Source: Candidatus Iainarchaeum sp.
GTDB lineage: Archaea; Iainarchaeota; Iainarchaeia; Iainarchaeales; GCA-2688035
Direction: 5' to 3'
NCBI GenBank assembly: GCA_017610175.1
Contig: JAFCCO010000002.1
Location: forward strand, 32,001 to 96,000
Length of the DNA stretch: 64,000 bases
Part shown: positions 38,237 to 49,127 of the stretch, in pieces
Layout: each line of letters begins with the position of its first letter
Position numbering within the stretch: position 1 is the first letter of the stretch
Notes under the pieces: generated by a model
Seen by the model: the letters and a program-made list of their open reading frames with translations, nothing else
The model's database searches: none
What the model was told of the DNA's origin: nothing
Position numbers and translations under genes: made by a program

Positions 38237-39393
38237 TTCTTGCAAAAAAACTTTCCGTTGCTTTTGGAAATGAATCTGTTTTCAAAAACCTTGAATTCAT
38301 TGTTTCAGATAAAGAGCAAGCCGCGGTAATCGGCGCAAACGGTTCCGGAAAAACAACGCTTGCACTAATTCTTGCGGGCGTAATCCCTGATTTCAAGTCG
38401 GCAACAGTTCGCGGTTCATTTGTTTGCAGAAAACCCGCTCTAATTATGCAGAATCCAAGCGGGCAGTTTTTTGCAATGACTGTTCGCGAGGAGCTTGGAG
38501 AACGGGGAATTAAGCTTGCAAAAAAGTTCGGTGCAGAAAAACTCCTTGACCGCACGGTCTTTGACTTAAGCGAGGGGGAAAAGCAGAAAATAAATCTCAT
38601 TGCAAACTTTTCTTTTGGGAGGCCTCTTCTGCTCGACGAGCCAACAGAACTTCTTGACCCGTTTGAGGAGAACCGCTTTCGCAAAATGATTGAGGGAATT
38701 GGGGATCGCACAGTGGTCTGGTTTGACAAGGGGGAAGAGCACGTTCCCGCATTCCGCAAGATATTTATTGGTGGGCAGGAAAAAGCAAAGCTTCCTGCAA
38801 AGAAAAACAATGTGAAAACCGAATCGGTTCTTGACGCAGACTTTTTGATTTGCAGAAACGGCTTTTGCATAAAAAACGTTTCCCTAAACATTAAAGAGGG
38901 CGAAAAGATTGCGTTGATTGGTTTAAACGGTTCGGGCAAAACGACAATTCTCCGCGCCCTTGCGGGCGAGGGAACGCACTCCGGCAGACTTGAACTCAAG
39001 CGGGGCATTAGCTTTGTTCCGCAGAATCCAACCCACCTGTTTTTCAGGGAAACCGCCGAGGCAGAGCTTGTGAATGTTAAAAATGCGCACTCCCTTGGAA
39101 TTGGTGGCTTGCTGCGCAAGAGCCCTGTTGATTTGAGCAAAGGTCAGCAGAAGCTGCTTAGCGTTGCAACAATTGAGCTAAACACAATTGCTTTAATGGA
39201 TGAGCCGACCACCTGGCTTGATGCCCAGAACCGCGCAAGCGTTTACAATTTTATCAACGAAAGCAGGCAGGCAATGGTTATTGCAACACACGACCGGGGA
39301 CTGCTTGATTACTGCGACCGGATTTTGATGGTTGAGAAAGGGGGGTTGAGTGAATGTTCCAGTACAGCGGCAAATCGCTTTTTTCGCAGGTAA
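38233..39393 (+). CDS. ECF transporter ATPase, compact tandem A-A'
   Basis: Two Walker A motifs (GANGSGKT, GLNGSGKT), LSEGEKQ/LSKGQQK, two DEPT. Confidence 0.85.
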   Translation: MILAKKLSVAFGNESVFKNLEFIVSDKEQAAVIGANGSGKTTLALILAGVIPDFKSATVRGSFVCRKPALIMQNPSGQFFAMTVREELGERGIKLAKKFGAEKLLDRTVFDLSEGEKQKINLIANFSFGRPLLLDEPTELLDPFEENRFRKMIEGIGDRTVVWFDKGEEHVPAFRKIFIGGQEKAKLPAKKNNVKTESVLDADFLICRNGFCIKNVSLNIKEGEKIALIGLNGSGKTTILRALAGEGTHSGRLELKRGISFVPQNPTHLFFRETAEAELVNVKNAHSLGIGGLLRKSPVDLSKGQQKLLSVATIELNTIALMDEPTTWLDAQNRASVYNFINESRQAMVIATHDRGLLDYCDRILMVEKGGLSECSSTAANRFFRR

Positions 39394-39950
39394 ATGAATC
39401 GCTTAAGGTTGCATTCTTTGCGGTTTCGTTTATTGCGGCATTTGTGTTCCAGAACCCGTTCCATCAGGCTGTGCTTCTCGCCTTCCTGATTGCGCTGCTT
39501 TTCATTGCACGCTACAGGGATTTTGCAAAACTCTTCGGAAGCCTTATCCCCTTCCTTCTCCTTGCAGATCTTAGTTTCTTTATCTTCCTAAGCGACACGT
39601 CCCTCAACCTTGTTCAGCTTACTCTGTCATCCAACCTCAGAATTTTCAGTCTCTTTGCGGCAACCGCCTTCTTCACTTTCTCAACCGACATCTTTGCGCT
39701 CGTTCGCCTGATGAAGCGCATTCATCTCCCTGAAACACTTTATCTCTCCATCTACATTCTTTTCAGGTTCCTCCCGGAGCTTGAGCGCGACCTTTACGAA
39801 ATCAGGTCAATTCAGCGAATTAAGGGAATTTCCCCCAAACAGCCGGTGCGCTATGTGAAATCGGTAATGATTCCCCTTCTCTTTACTGCATTACAGAAAT
39901 CCGACGACATTGCTGTCGCATACTTCTTGAGGCAGCGAAGGGAGCAGTAA
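39354..39950 (+). CDS. ECF transporter T component
   Basis: TM helices then RFLPELE...QRIKG and IPLL...AYFLR. Confidence 0.85.
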   Translation: MFQYSGKSLFSQVNESLKVAFFAVSFIAAFVFQNPFHQAVLLAFLIALLFIARYRDFAKLFGSLIPFLLLADLSFFIFLSDTSLNLVQLTLSSNLRIFSLFAATAFFTFSTDIFALVRLMKRIHLPETLYLSIYILFRFLPELERDLYEIRSIQRIKGISPKQPVRYVKSVMIPLLFTALQKSDDIAVAYFLRQRREQ

Positions 39951-39982
39951 GTCTTTTAATGATTTAACCTGAAGTGGTTGAT

Positions 39983-40618
39983 ATGGCAAAATTTTCGCTG
40001 GAGCAGAAGACAAATTTCCTTCTCGGGTTGTTTGTTGCCTGCTTGGTTACGGCAAACCTCATTGGTTTGAAGGTAGCGTCCTTCGGGCTTTTTGAAGCAA
40101 GTGTTGGAATACTTGTTTTTCCAGTCCTTTTCCTTGTAACGGACATAATTGAGGAAGTTCACGGTTCGGCAAAGGCAAGGCAGTTTGTTTTCATTGGGCT
40201 TGGAACCCTTGTATTCGTGCTGATTATAACCGCGATTGCGGTGCTGATTCCTGCGGCAAGCAGGAGCTTTGTTTCCGATGCGGAATATACGAAAATATTC
40301 GGAACAACGCTTAGAATCTTTGTTGCGTCAATCATAGGGTTCTTCTTCAGCCAGATGCACGACGTTTGGGCCTTCAATTTCTGGAAACAGAAGACAGGAG
40401 GAAAGTACCTTTGGTTGAGGAACAATGCGTCAACAGCGGTTTCCCAATTAATCGACACGGTTTTGTTCATGTTTCTTGCATTCTACGGCCTCTCGCCAAA
40501 GTTCACGGTGGGGTACCTGTTTGCGCTGATAATTCCGTTCTGGCTAATCAAAGTGGGATTTGCAATTTTTGACACTCCGTTCTGTTATCTTGGAGTAAAA
40601 TGGCTTAAGTCCAAATAG
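39983..40618 (+). CDS. yhhQ: Queuosine/archaeosine precursor (preQ0) transporter, YhhQ family
   Basis: FLVTDIIEEVHG, LWLRNNASTAVSQLIDT, DTPF. Confidence 0.88.
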   Translation: MAKFSLEQKTNFLLGLFVACLVTANLIGLKVASFGLFEASVGILVFPVLFLVTDIIEEVHGSAKARQFVFIGLGTLVFVLIITAIAVLIPAASRSFVSDAEYTKIFGTTLRIFVASIIGFFFSQMHDVWAFNFWKQKTGGKYLWLRNNASTAVSQLIDTVLFMFLAFYGLSPKFTVGYLFALIIPFWLIKVGFAIFDTPFCYLGVKWLKSK

Positions 40619-40622
40619 GATT

Positions 40623-40672
40623 AGGTTCTCTTTGAGGACCTTTTCTTTTTTATTTTCTTTTTTTCCTTTTTT
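40623..40672 (+). terminator. Hairpin plus long T-tract terminator
   Basis: AGGTTCTC-TTT-GAGGACCT followed by a T-rich run. Confidence 0.65.
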
Positions 40673-40778
40673 GCCTGACTAAAGTGCTTTTGCAATTCGT
40701 CAAATTTCGGAATCGGCATTAGGCTTTTAAACAATTAACCGCTATTCATATTGTTTTTAATCTGTGGGGGGTTTTGGA

Positions 40779-42041
40779 ATGGATGCAAAGTATGAGATGC
40801 ACTTGAGTTATTTAAAAGATCACGATTCAGCTATTTTTAACGCAATTGTTGCCGAAAAGGAAAGGCAGATGGATGGAATTGAACTGATTCCAAGCGAAAA
40901 CCTTGTAAGCCAGGGAGTCCTCGAAGCAATGGGCTCTGTTCCAAACAACAAGTATTCAGAGGGATATCCCGGGAAGAGATACTACGGCGGCAACGAAATA
41001 ATTGACATAATTGAAAACCTTGCAATCGACCGCCTGAAAAAACTGTTTGGGGCAGAGCACGCAAACGTGCAGCCCAATTCAGGAAGCCCCGCAAACATGG
41101 CGGCATACTTTGCATTAATGGAACTGGGTGACACATTTATGGGAATGAAGCTCACAGAGGGCGGACACTTAACCCATGGCCACAAGGTAAACTTTTCAGG
41201 AAAGCTCTACAAGTGCAAGCAATACGGGGTCGATAAAGAGACCGAAATGATTGACTACGACACTGTGCTCAAGCAGGCAAAGGAAATCAAGCCAAAACTC
41301 ATCCTCAGTGGGTACACCGCATACCCAAGGTCAATTGACTTCAAGAGATTCAGGGAAATTTGTGACGAGGTAGGTGCTTTCTGCATGGCAGACATTGCAC
41401 ACATTGCAGGCCTATGTGCCGGCGGGGCACACGAAAACCCTGTTCCATACTTTGACGTTGTAACAACAACCACCCACAAGACACTGCGTGGGCCAAGAAG
41501 TGCTGTTATAATGTGCAAGGGAGAGTTTGCCGAAAAGATTGACAAGGCAGTCTTCCCAGGGCTGCAGGGCGGCCCGCACGAGCACACAATTGCCGCAAAG
41601 GCAGTTGCATTCAAGGAAGCGCAGACCCCTGAATTCAGGGACTACTCCGCACAAATTGTTAAGAACGCAAAGGCAATGGCTGAAGAGCTCATGGCCCTTG
41701 GATTAAGGCTTGTTTCAAACGGAACAGACAACCACCTGATGCTTGTTGATGTATTCAAAAGCAAGAACTTAACAGGCAAAGAGGCGGAGCACGCCCTTGA
41801 GGTTGCCGGAATCTACTGCAACAAAAACACAATTCCGTTCGACGAAAGAACCCCGTGGGACCCAAGCGGAATCCGCATTGGAACACCTGTTCTTACAACA
41901 AGGGGGATGAAAGAGTCGGAAATGAAGGAAGTTGCGAGGTTCATTGCAAAAGCGTTGGACAATGCAAAGGACGAGGCAAAACTCAGGCAGATTAAGGCTG
42001 ATATAAAGGAATTCTGCTCGGGGTTTCCGTTTTATAAATAA
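40779..42041 (+). CDS. glyA: Serine hydroxymethyltransferase
   Basis: [54 protein letters not shown]. Confidence 0.98.
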   Translation: MDAKYEMHLSYLKDHDSAIFNAIVAEKERQMDGIELIPSENLVSQGVLEAMGSVPNNKYSEGYPGKRYYGGNEIIDIIENLAIDRLKKLFGAEHANVQPNSGSPANMAAYFALMELGDTFMGMKLTEGGHLTHGHKVNFSGKLYKCKQYGVDKETEMIDYDTVLKQAKEIKPKLILSGYTAYPRSIDFKRFREICDEVGAFCMADIAHIAGLCAGGAHENPVPYFDVVTTTTHKTLRGPRSAVIMCKGEFAEKIDKAVFPGLQGGPHEHTIAAKAVAFKEAQTPEFRDYSAQIVKNAKAMAEELMALGLRLVSNGTDNHLMLVDVFKSKNLTGKEAEHALEVAGIYCNKNTIPFDERTPWDPSGIRIGTPVLTTRGMKESEMKEVARFIAKALDNAKDEAKLRQIKADIKEFCSGFPFYK

Positions 42042-42061
42042 TTGCCAGCCCAAGATTTTAT

Positions 42062-42901
42062 ATGCCCGCAAAATTGATAGACGGAAAAGGTATTGCCGCA
42101 AAAGTCCTTGAAGCAGCTAAATCGCGAGTTTCAGGGCTTTCCTTCAAGCCAGTGCTGGCCGTTGTTTTGGTTGGGGAGGACCCTGCTTCAAAGCTTTATG
42201 TGCAGAAAAAGCAGGATGCCTGCGAAAACGTTGGCATTGAATCAAAACTTGTTTCATTCCCTGAAACAATTTCACAGCAGGATCTGATTGCAAAGATTGA
42301 GGCGCTCAATTCAGACGAAAGCGTGAACGGAATCCTTGTGCAACTCCCTTTGCCCAAAGGGCTTGACAGGAACGCGGTTCTTGAAACGGTTTCCCCCTCA
42401 AAGGATGTGGACGGATTCACTGCCGAAAACCTTGGGCTTCTTGCTCTGGGGGTTGAGGAAATGGTTTCCTGCACTCCAAAGGGAATAATTAAGCTGATTG
42501 AGTCAACCGGAACGGACTTGAAGGGAAAGAACTGCTGCATTGTAAACCACAGCATTGTTGTGGGGAGGCCTCTTGCACAGCTTTTCCTGAACAGGAACGC
42601 AACGGTTTCAATCATCCACCAGTTCACAAAGGACTTGTCCGAGTTCACCAAAAATGCGGACGTTGTGATTACTGCCGCAGGTGTTTCGGATTTGATTAAG
42701 GCGGACATGGTAAAAGACGGCGCAATTGTAATTGATGCCGGAATTGCCCGCAAGAACGGAAAGCTTGTTGGGGACGTTGACTTTGAGGCTGTAAAGGAAG
42801 TTGCTTCATTCATTACACCTGTTCCGGGCGGAGTCGGCCCAATGACCGTTGCTTGCCTGATTGACAACACAATTGTTGCCGCAGAAAATCAGCGCAGGTA
42901 A
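42062..42901 (+). CDS. folD: Methylene-THF dehydrogenase/cyclohydrolase
   Basis: GILVQLPLP, KDVDG, CTPKG, TPVPGGVGPMT. Confidence 0.97.
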   Translation: MPAKLIDGKGIAAKVLEAAKSRVSGLSFKPVLAVVLVGEDPASKLYVQKKQDACENVGIESKLVSFPETISQQDLIAKIEALNSDESVNGILVQLPLPKGLDRNAVLETVSPSKDVDGFTAENLGLLALGVEEMVSCTPKGIIKLIESTGTDLKGKNCCIVNHSIVVGRPLAQLFLNRNATVSIIHQFTKDLSEFTKNADVVITAAGVSDLIKADMVKDGAIVIDAGIARKNGKLVGDVDFEAVKEVASFITPVPGGVGPMTVACLIDNTIVAAENQRR

Positions 42902-43644
42902 TTCCATTCCTTTCCCGCAAACTTTTCCCTAAGCTCTTGAGCAAGGGTTTTTTCTTCAGCCGTTAATTCCGACGGGACAAGTTTTGCTCCGAATGTTTTT
43001 TTAAAGCCCGCAGCCATTGCGTCCTCCATGTCCCTGAAGCTGTACTGCCTCTTTGTTTCAAACTCAAGGGATGTTACGCGCTGCTTTACACTCTCAATAA
43101 TCTTTCCCTTCATTTTTTCATCTGGGACCTTTAGCAGTGAAAACATCTTGTCAACCCCTACCTCTAACAGAAGCGTTCCGTGCTGCAGAATGTTTCCGCC
43201 CCTTCTTGTCTGCGCGTTTCCGCTAATTTTTTTCCCGTTAACAATTATGTCGTTCAGCGGCACAAAGTCTGCCTTAACATTAAGCTCGTTCAATCCCGCA
43301 ACAATTGCCCCGCAAATCTTTCCATAGCTTTCAAGGATATTTTTTGAAACAAGCTTGCTTTCCTCGCTGCAAACAAAGCTGTATGTAAGCTCTTTTTCGT
43401 GAAAAACCGCTCCCCCTCCGGTAATTCTTCTCACAACATCGCAGTCAAGCTCTTTTGCCTTCTCCAAATCAACTTCCTCGTTGATTCCCTGGAAATACCC
43501 GATGCTTACCGCATGCGGTTTCCAGCCGTAAAAGCGAACAACAGGCTTGTCCCCGTTTTTGTGAAGCCTCATTATTGCCTCATCTGTAGCCATGTTTGTT
43601 GCGGCATCGGAAAAACCAGTGCAAAGCAGCCTAAATTCATTCAT
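42889..43644 (-). CDS. lplA: Lipoate-protein ligase catalytic subunit
   Basis: NMATDEA, VRRITGGGAVFH, NDI...KKISGNAQ, LQHGTL. Confidence 0.9.
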   Translation of the reverse strand: MNEFRLLCTGFSDAATNMATDEAIMRLHKNGDKPVVRFYGWKPHAVSIGYFQGINEEVDLEKAKELDCDVVRRITGGGAVFHEKELTYSFVCSEESKLVSKNILESYGKICGAIVAGLNELNVKADFVPLNDIIVNGKKISGNAQTRRGGNILQHGTLLLEVGVDKMFSLLKVPDEKMKGKIIESVKQRVTSLEFETKRQYSFRDMEDAMAAGFKKTFGAKLVPSELTAEEKTLAQELREKFAGKEWNYLR

Positions 43645-43925
43645 TTTGCGTTCTCTCCCGCTATTTTTATGGCTTGGGCAAGTGCTTTTGTATTTAACCC
43701 AAACATTTCAATGGAATTTGCCTCAATTGCCTGGGCAATCACTGCCTCAAGCTCTTTTCCCATTTGTGCGCCCTCAAGTGCCTTTTCAATTGCCTCAATT
43801 CCGTCTTCCGGGTGCATAAAGAAATCGCCGTGAATTTTCACCGAACTGATTTTATCGCTTTCCAGCTCAAGTGAAAGCCTTACAAGTTTGCCGTCAGGCA
43901 CCTTATATATTGCTTCTCCCTTCAT
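43641..43925 (-). CDS. Lipoate-protein ligase accessory subunit (LplB-like)
   Basis: YKVPDGKL, IHGDFFMHPE...IEKALEG. Confidence 0.85.
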   Translation of the reverse strand: MKGEAIYKVPDGKLVRLSLELESDKISSVKIHGDFFMHPEDGIEAIEKALEGAQMGKELEAVIAQAIEANSIEMFGLNTKALAQAIKIAGENAK

Positions 43926-44778
43926 AAAACTCCCCTGCTAAATAACTGCTTCTGACCAGCGGCCCTGAGGCTACAAAGCCAAACTCCTTTTCAAGCCCGA
44001 TATGCTTCAACTCCTCAAACACACTGGGTTTAACATATTCCTGAACCAAAATGTTTTTCTTTGTAGGCTGTAGGTACTGCCCAATGGTTAGAAAGTCGCA
44101 TTTTACACCCCTCAAATCATCCATTGCGGCAAGAACCTCCTCCCTTGATTCGCCCAATCCAAGCATTAGCCCGCTTTTTGTTTTCATTTCAGGGTCAAGC
44201 ACCTTAATATTATGTAGAAGCCCAAGGCTTTGTTTGTATGAGGCCCGTGCATCCCGCACACTGCTCTGCAATCTTTCAACTACTTCAATATTGTGTGCAA
44301 TAACTTCGGGGTTTGCATCAACAACTTTCTTGAGGCAATCAATTTTACCCTGAAAATCGGGAATCAGAACCTCCACTTTAATTCCCCTTGCCTTAACTTC
44401 CTTAATGCACTCTGCAAAATGCCCTGCCCCCAAATCACTCAAGTCATCCCTGTCCACTGAAGTAATGACCACATACTTCAGCCCCATTTGTTCGGCGGCA
44501 TCTGCAATCTTTGCAGGCTCTTTTCTGTCAAGCGGTTCCCCGTTCTTTCCGGACTGCACCGCGCAAAAAAGGCAGTTTCTTGTGCACACTTTTCCCATTG
44601 CGATGAATGTTGCGGTTCCGTGCTTCCAGCACTCACCTCTGTTTGGGCAGCGTGCTTCGCTGCACACTGTATTGAGTGCGTTTCCCTTTAGCTGTGTCGC
44701 AACCAGCGAGGTTTTTCCGCCGGAGGGAATAATTGCCCTGAGCCAGTCAGGTTTTCTCGCCTGCAATGCACCCACCAA
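43903..44778 (-). CDS. lipA: Lipoyl synthase
   Basis: CSEARCPNRGEC, CTRNCLFC, TSVDRDDL, GQYLQP, VRSSY. Confidence 0.97.
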   Translation of the reverse strand: MVGALQARKPDWLRAIIPSGGKTSLVATQLKGNALNTVCSEARCPNRGECWKHGTATFIAMGKVCTRNCLFCAVQSGKNGEPLDRKEPAKIADAAEQMGLKYVVITSVDRDDLSDLGAGHFAECIKEVKARGIKVEVLIPDFQGKIDCLKKVVDANPEVIAHNIEVVERLQSSVRDARASYKQSLGLLHNIKVLDPEMKTKSGLMLGLGESREEVLAAMDDLRGVKCDFLTIGQYLQPTKKNILVQEYVKPSVFEELKHIGLEKEFGFVASGPLVRSSYLAGEFYEGRSNI

Positions 44779-46108
44779 TTCCTTTTAGGAATCCCTTGAA
44801 TTCACAGTATTTGTTTGCAATGGTTTCAAACTTTTCCTGCTTGTCAAAAACAGCCCTAATGCAGTCGGCCGGCTCCGGATCTTTTCCGGTGATTTTTTTC
44901 ACGGTTTCCGGGAACTTGCTTGGGTGTGCGGTTTCAATTGAAACATTCAGCCCTGAATCGTTTTCCTTCAGAAATTTCTGCAGGCCGTTCCACGCAACAG
45001 CTCCGTGCGGCTCCAAAAGCAATTTGGACTTGAAGGCTTCCTTCATTGTTTCAATTGTTTCATCATCCGAAACGCTAAGTGAGTAAATGTCATTGTTCAT
45101 CGAGGTTATCTTTGGAACCCCCTCTAGCTTTCCTGTTTCATCCATCCAGCCGTGGTAGAGGTTTACAATGCGTGTAAGGTTGCTTGGGTGCCCCACGTTC
45201 ATGCTGTTGGAGAGGCAGTTCTTTGAGGGAACAACCTTTTCATAGAATCCGCGCTCCAAAAATCTTGGGAACTCATCGTTTTCGTTTGTTGCAATAACAA
45301 ACTTTTTCACAGGCAGGCCCATTCTCTTTGCAATAATTCCCGCACATGAATTTCCCAAATTTCCGCTCGGGACCGAGAACACAATTTCGTCCCCTGCGTT
45401 CTGCGCAAGCTTTGCGTACGCGTAAAAGTAATACACACTTTGCGGAAGCAGTCTCCCTATATTAATGCTGTTTGCCGAGCTAAGTTTCATGTCCTCAAGC
45501 TCTGCATCTGAAAAAGCCTCCTTCACAATTGCCTGGCAGTCGTCAAACTTTCCCTGCACAGCCAGCGCCGTTATATTTTCCCCAAGCGTGGTCATCTGCT
45601 TTCTCTGCAGCTGGCTAACCTCTTTCTCCGGGAAGAGCACAACGACGTTAATATTTTCCATCTTGTGGAATGCGTTTGCCACAGCGCTTCCTGTGTCACC
45701 GCTTGTTGCCACAAGAATGTTTGCGTGCTCTTTTTTCTGCTTAAGGGTATAATCCATTAATCTGGCCATTAGCCTTGCCGCAAAGTCCTTGAATGAGGCG
45801 GTTGGACCGCGGTCAAGACGCATTACATAGTTTCCGTCTGAAACTTTTTCAAGCGGAACCTCAAAATTGTATGCCTGCTCGCACATTTCCTTGAGCTTGT
45901 CCTCAGGAATGTCTCCTTCAAGAAGCCTTTTCATTACTTCGAAAGCAATTTCGGCGTAAGTTTTTCCCTTCCAGGAAATAATCTCTTCCGCACTTACATT
46001 GGGAAAGTTTTCAGGCAGGTAAAGTCCCCTGTCCGGTGCAATTCCGTGAAGAAGCGCCTCGTCAAAGGAAACCATTTCGGATTTCCTGTTTGTGCTGTAG
46101 TACTTCAT
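44747..46108 (-). CDS. thrC: Threonine synthase
   Basis: [44 protein letters not shown]. Confidence 0.95.
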   Translation of the reverse strand: MKYYSTNRKSEMVSFDEALLHGIAPDRGLYLPENFPNVSAEEIISWKGKTYAEIAFEVMKRLLEGDIPEDKLKEMCEQAYNFEVPLEKVSDGNYVMRLDRGPTASFKDFAARLMARLMDYTLKQKKEHANILVATSGDTGSAVANAFHKMENINVVVLFPEKEVSQLQRKQMTTLGENITALAVQGKFDDCQAIVKEAFSDAELEDMKLSSANSINIGRLLPQSVYYFYAYAKLAQNAGDEIVFSVPSGNLGNSCAGIIAKRMGLPVKKFVIATNENDEFPRFLERGFYEKVVPSKNCLSNSMNVGHPSNLTRIVNLYHGWMDETGKLEGVPKITSMNNDIYSLSVSDDETIETMKEAFKSKLLLEPHGAVAWNGLQKFLKENDSGLNVSIETAHPSKFPETVKKITGKDPEPADCIRAVFDKQEKFETIANKYCEFKGFLKGIGGCIAGEKT

Positions 46109-47436
46109 TCCTTCCACCTCAAATTCGGCTCTCTGGCTGCCTTTACAGCATCAAGCCTTTTTACAGGCATTGAGTGTGGTGCTTCCTTTACAAGCTCAGG
46201 CTGCTTCTCTGCCTCTTGCTTAATAGTAATCATTATGTCAACGAAGTTGTTAAGTGTTTCTCTGGTTTCGGTTTCAGTTGGCTCAATCATTATTGCACCC
46301 TTCACAATCAGCGGGAAGTAAACCGTTGGCGGATGCACCCCGTAATCCAGAAGCCTTTTTGCGACATCGTTTGTTGTAACCCCGTTTGCAAGCCCTTCGT
46401 CGCTCAAAACAAACTCGTGCTGGCAAACCCTGTCAAATGCAAGCTTGTAATGGGGCTTAAGTTTTTCTTTCAAATAGTTTGCATTAAGCACGGCCACCTC
46501 TGCAACTTCCCGCAAACCAACAGCCCCCAGTGCCTTAATGTAAGTGAATGCTTTCACCATGACCCCAAAGTTTCCGTAGAACGAGCGAACCTTTCCAATT
46601 GACTTTTTCCCCTTGGAATTGAACTCATAGTTCTCGCCGTTCTTTTCAATAAGTGGAACAGGCAGAAAGTCCACAAGCTCTTCCACAACCCCAACCGGCC
46701 CTGAGCCTGGGCCGCCCCCGCCGTGCGGAGTTGAAAAGGTCTTGTGCAGGTTCAAATGCATTATGTCAATTCCAAGCTCGCGGGGCCTGCAAATCCCAAG
46801 CATTGCATTCATGTTTGCACCGTCCCCGTAAACAAGCCCGCCCTTTGAGTGGACAATTTCACATACTTTCTCAATGTTTGTGTCAAACAGCCCAAGTGTG
46901 TTTGGGTTTGTAATCATTATTCCCGCAATCTTTTCATCCATCTTCTCCCTTAAATCCGCAAGGTCAACGTTTCCCTCCGAGTCTGACTTCAATTCTACGG
47001 CCTGGAAACCGCAGAGTGACACGCTTGCGGGGTTTGTTCCGTGTGCTGAATCCGGCACAAGAATTTTTTCGCGCTGCTCTCCTTTTTCTTGGAAGTGCGC
47101 CCGCATAATCATTATTCCGGTCAGTTCCCCCTGTGCCCCTGCCGCCGGCTGCAGGCTGAATCTTGCAAACCCGGTAATTTCGCAGAGCATTTTCTCCAGC
47201 TTGTACATCAGCTGCATTGCTCCCTGCACGGTTTTGGCCGGCTGAAGTGGGTGAATTCCTGTAAAGCCATCAAGCCTTGCGGTGTCCTCGCAAACCTTTG
47301 GGTTATACTTCATGGTACAGCTTCCAAGCGGATAAAATCCAAGGTCTACCCCGAAGTTTCGCCTGCTTAAAGCGGTGTAGTGCCTTACAACCTCTACCTC
47401 GCTCAAATCCATTCCCTTGTCAAATATTGTTTTCAT
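46105..47436 (-). CDS. gcvPB: Glycine dehydrogenase subunit 2
   Basis: [46 protein letters not shown]. Confidence 0.96.
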   Translation of the reverse strand: MKTIFDKGMDLSEVEVVRHYTALSRRNFGVDLGFYPLGSCTMKYNPKVCEDTARLDGFTGIHPLQPAKTVQGAMQLMYKLEKMLCEITGFARFSLQPAAGAQGELTGIMIMRAHFQEKGEQREKILVPDSAHGTNPASVSLCGFQAVELKSDSEGNVDLADLREKMDEKIAGIMITNPNTLGLFDTNIEKVCEIVHSKGGLVYGDGANMNAMLGICRPRELGIDIMHLNLHKTFSTPHGGGGPGSGPVGVVEELVDFLPVPLIEKNGENYEFNSKGKKSIGKVRSFYGNFGVMVKAFTYIKALGAVGLREVAEVAVLNANYLKEKLKPHYKLAFDRVCQHEFVLSDEGLANGVTTNDVAKRLLDYGVHPPTVYFPLIVKGAIMIEPTETETRETLNNFVDIMITIKQEAEKQPELVKEAPHSMPVKRLDAVKAAREPNLRWKE

Positions 47437-48729
47437 TCACCCACCAATTGCCTCAATCAATTCGTCAATTTCTTTCATTGAATTCATTTCGGTAACCGCC
47501 ACAAGCAGTTTGTTTTCCGAGAGGCTGTGCCCGAACACAATTCCTTTCTCAAGCAGCTTAGCCTGCAGTTCCTTTGCATTTTCCTTTTTCACAACAAATT
47601 CGTTGAAGAATTCCTTTCCGTAAGGAAGCTCAAACCCTTTTGCTTCAAGCTTTTCAGCGAGATACTCCGCATTCTGATGGTTTTGCTCTGCAATTTCCTT
47701 CAGCCCCTTCCACCCCACTGTTGAAAGGTAAACTGTTGAGGCAAGAGCGCAAAGCGCCTGGTTGCTGCAGATGTTGCTTCCTGCTTTTGCTCTCCTGATG
47801 TGCTGTTCCCTTGCCTGCATTGTAAGAATAAACCCGTCTTTTCCATCGCTGTCTGTTGTTTTTCCAACCAGCCTTCCGGGAATTTGCCTCACAAGCTTTT
47901 CCCTGCATGCAATTACTCCCGGGTGCGGCCCCCCAAAGCTCATTGGGTTTCCAAAACTCTGCGCTTCCATTGCAACAATGTCGGCACCGTACCCTGCGGG
48001 CTTTTCAATCGATGCAAGCGAAAGCGCTTCTGCTATTGCAACCACCAAAAGTGCGCCTTTCTCATGCACTTTTTTTCCCAACTCATTAAGCTTTTGAACG
48101 CGGCCCAAAAAGTCTGGATTCTGCACAATCACGCAGGCCGTTTCCTCATCAACGGCTTTCCCTGTTTCTTCAATCGCAACCTCTTTCAGTTCAAGGCTGT
48201 TTGCGTTTGCATAGGTTTTCAGAACGGCAAGGTATTCAGGGTTCAGTGCGCCTGCAACCACCATTTTTTTTCTTCTCGTTGCGGTCTTTGCCATCAGCAT
48301 TGCTTCCGCGCACGCGCTTGCCCCGTCGTACATGCTTGCATTTGCAATATCCATTCCGGTCAGCAGGCATATGTGGCTTTGCCACTCGTATATTGCCTGC
48401 AGCATTCCCTGGCTCATTTCAGGCTGGTAAGGTGTGTAAGCTGTATAGAATTCACTCCTCCCCACAATGGCTCCCACTGTTGCCGGAATGAAGTGGTTGT
48501 AGCATCCCGCCCCCAAAAAGAGCTTTAGCTGCTTTGCGTTTTTGTTTTTGGATGCAAGTTCCTCAATTTCCTGCCTAAGCTGCATTTCGCTTAACGGCTT
48601 TCCAAGGTTTAGGTCCTGCTTCAGCTTTTTTTTTGCGGGAACATCTTTAAACAGTTCCTCAAAGGAGGAAACTCCCGCTTCTTTAAGCATCTCTTTCTTT
48701 TCAGATTCGCTGTGTGGAATGAATTTCAT
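47437..48729 (-). CDS. gcvPA: Glycine dehydrogenase subunit 1
   Basis: FLGAG, EFYTAYTPYQPE, NASMYDG, REQHIRR...SNICSNQ. Confidence 0.96.
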   Translation of the reverse strand: MKFIPHSESEKKEMLKEAGVSSFEELFKDVPAKKKLKQDLNLGKPLSEMQLRQEIEELASKNKNAKQLKLFLGAGCYNHFIPATVGAIVGRSEFYTAYTPYQPEMSQGMLQAIYEWQSHICLLTGMDIANASMYDGASACAEAMLMAKTATRRKKMVVAGALNPEYLAVLKTYANANSLELKEVAIEETGKAVDEETACVIVQNPDFLGRVQKLNELGKKVHEKGALLVVAIAEALSLASIEKPAGYGADIVAMEAQSFGNPMSFGGPHPGVIACREKLVRQIPGRLVGKTTDSDGKDGFILTMQAREQHIRRAKAGSNICSNQALCALASTVYLSTVGWKGLKEIAEQNHQNAEYLAEKLEAKGFELPYGKEFFNEFVVKKENAKELQAKLLEKGIVFGHSLSENKLLVAVTEMNSMKEIDELIEAIGG

Positions 48730-48738
48730 TGGTTTCGC

Positions 48739-49125
48739 CTAGTGTTCCAAGCTGTCAACGTACTCTGTGTATTCCTTTGCTTCAATTAACTGTTCCACTT
48801 CGCTTTTGTCCTTTATTTTGATTTTTGCAATCCACGCGTTGAAGGGTGAGTTGTTTAATTTTTCAGGCTGTGCCTCAAGCTTGCTGTTTGCCTCAACAAC
48901 CTCGCCCGAAAGCGGTGCAAAAACATCAGTCACGCTTTTCACGCTTTCAAGAACGCAGAGCTGCTTGTCCTTTTCAACCTGCTTTCCAACTTCCGGAAGC
49001 TCTACAAAAACTATGTCGGTTAGGGCGTGTTGTGCATAATCGGTTATTCCGACTGTGGCAATGTCCCCATCAATCTTAATCCATTCGTGCTCTTTTGTGT
49101 ATTTCCTGTCCGCAGGGTTTTCCAT
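48739..49125 (-). CDS. gcvH: Glycine cleavage H protein
   Basis: YTKEHEW, GITDYAQ, lipoyl-Lys motif ESVK. Confidence 0.96.
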   Translation of the reverse strand: MENPADRKYTKEHEWIKIDGDIATVGITDYAQHALTDIVFVELPEVGKQVEKDKQLCVLESVKSVTDVFAPLSGEVVEANSKLEAQPEKLNNSPFNAWIAKIKIKDKSEVEQLIEAKEYTEYVDSLEH

Positions 49126-49127
49126 TT

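Noticed and set aside
36795-39140. Long minus-strand ORFs of 287 and 307 aa
   Set aside because: Antisense to folC and the ECF ATPase, with no recognisable motifs
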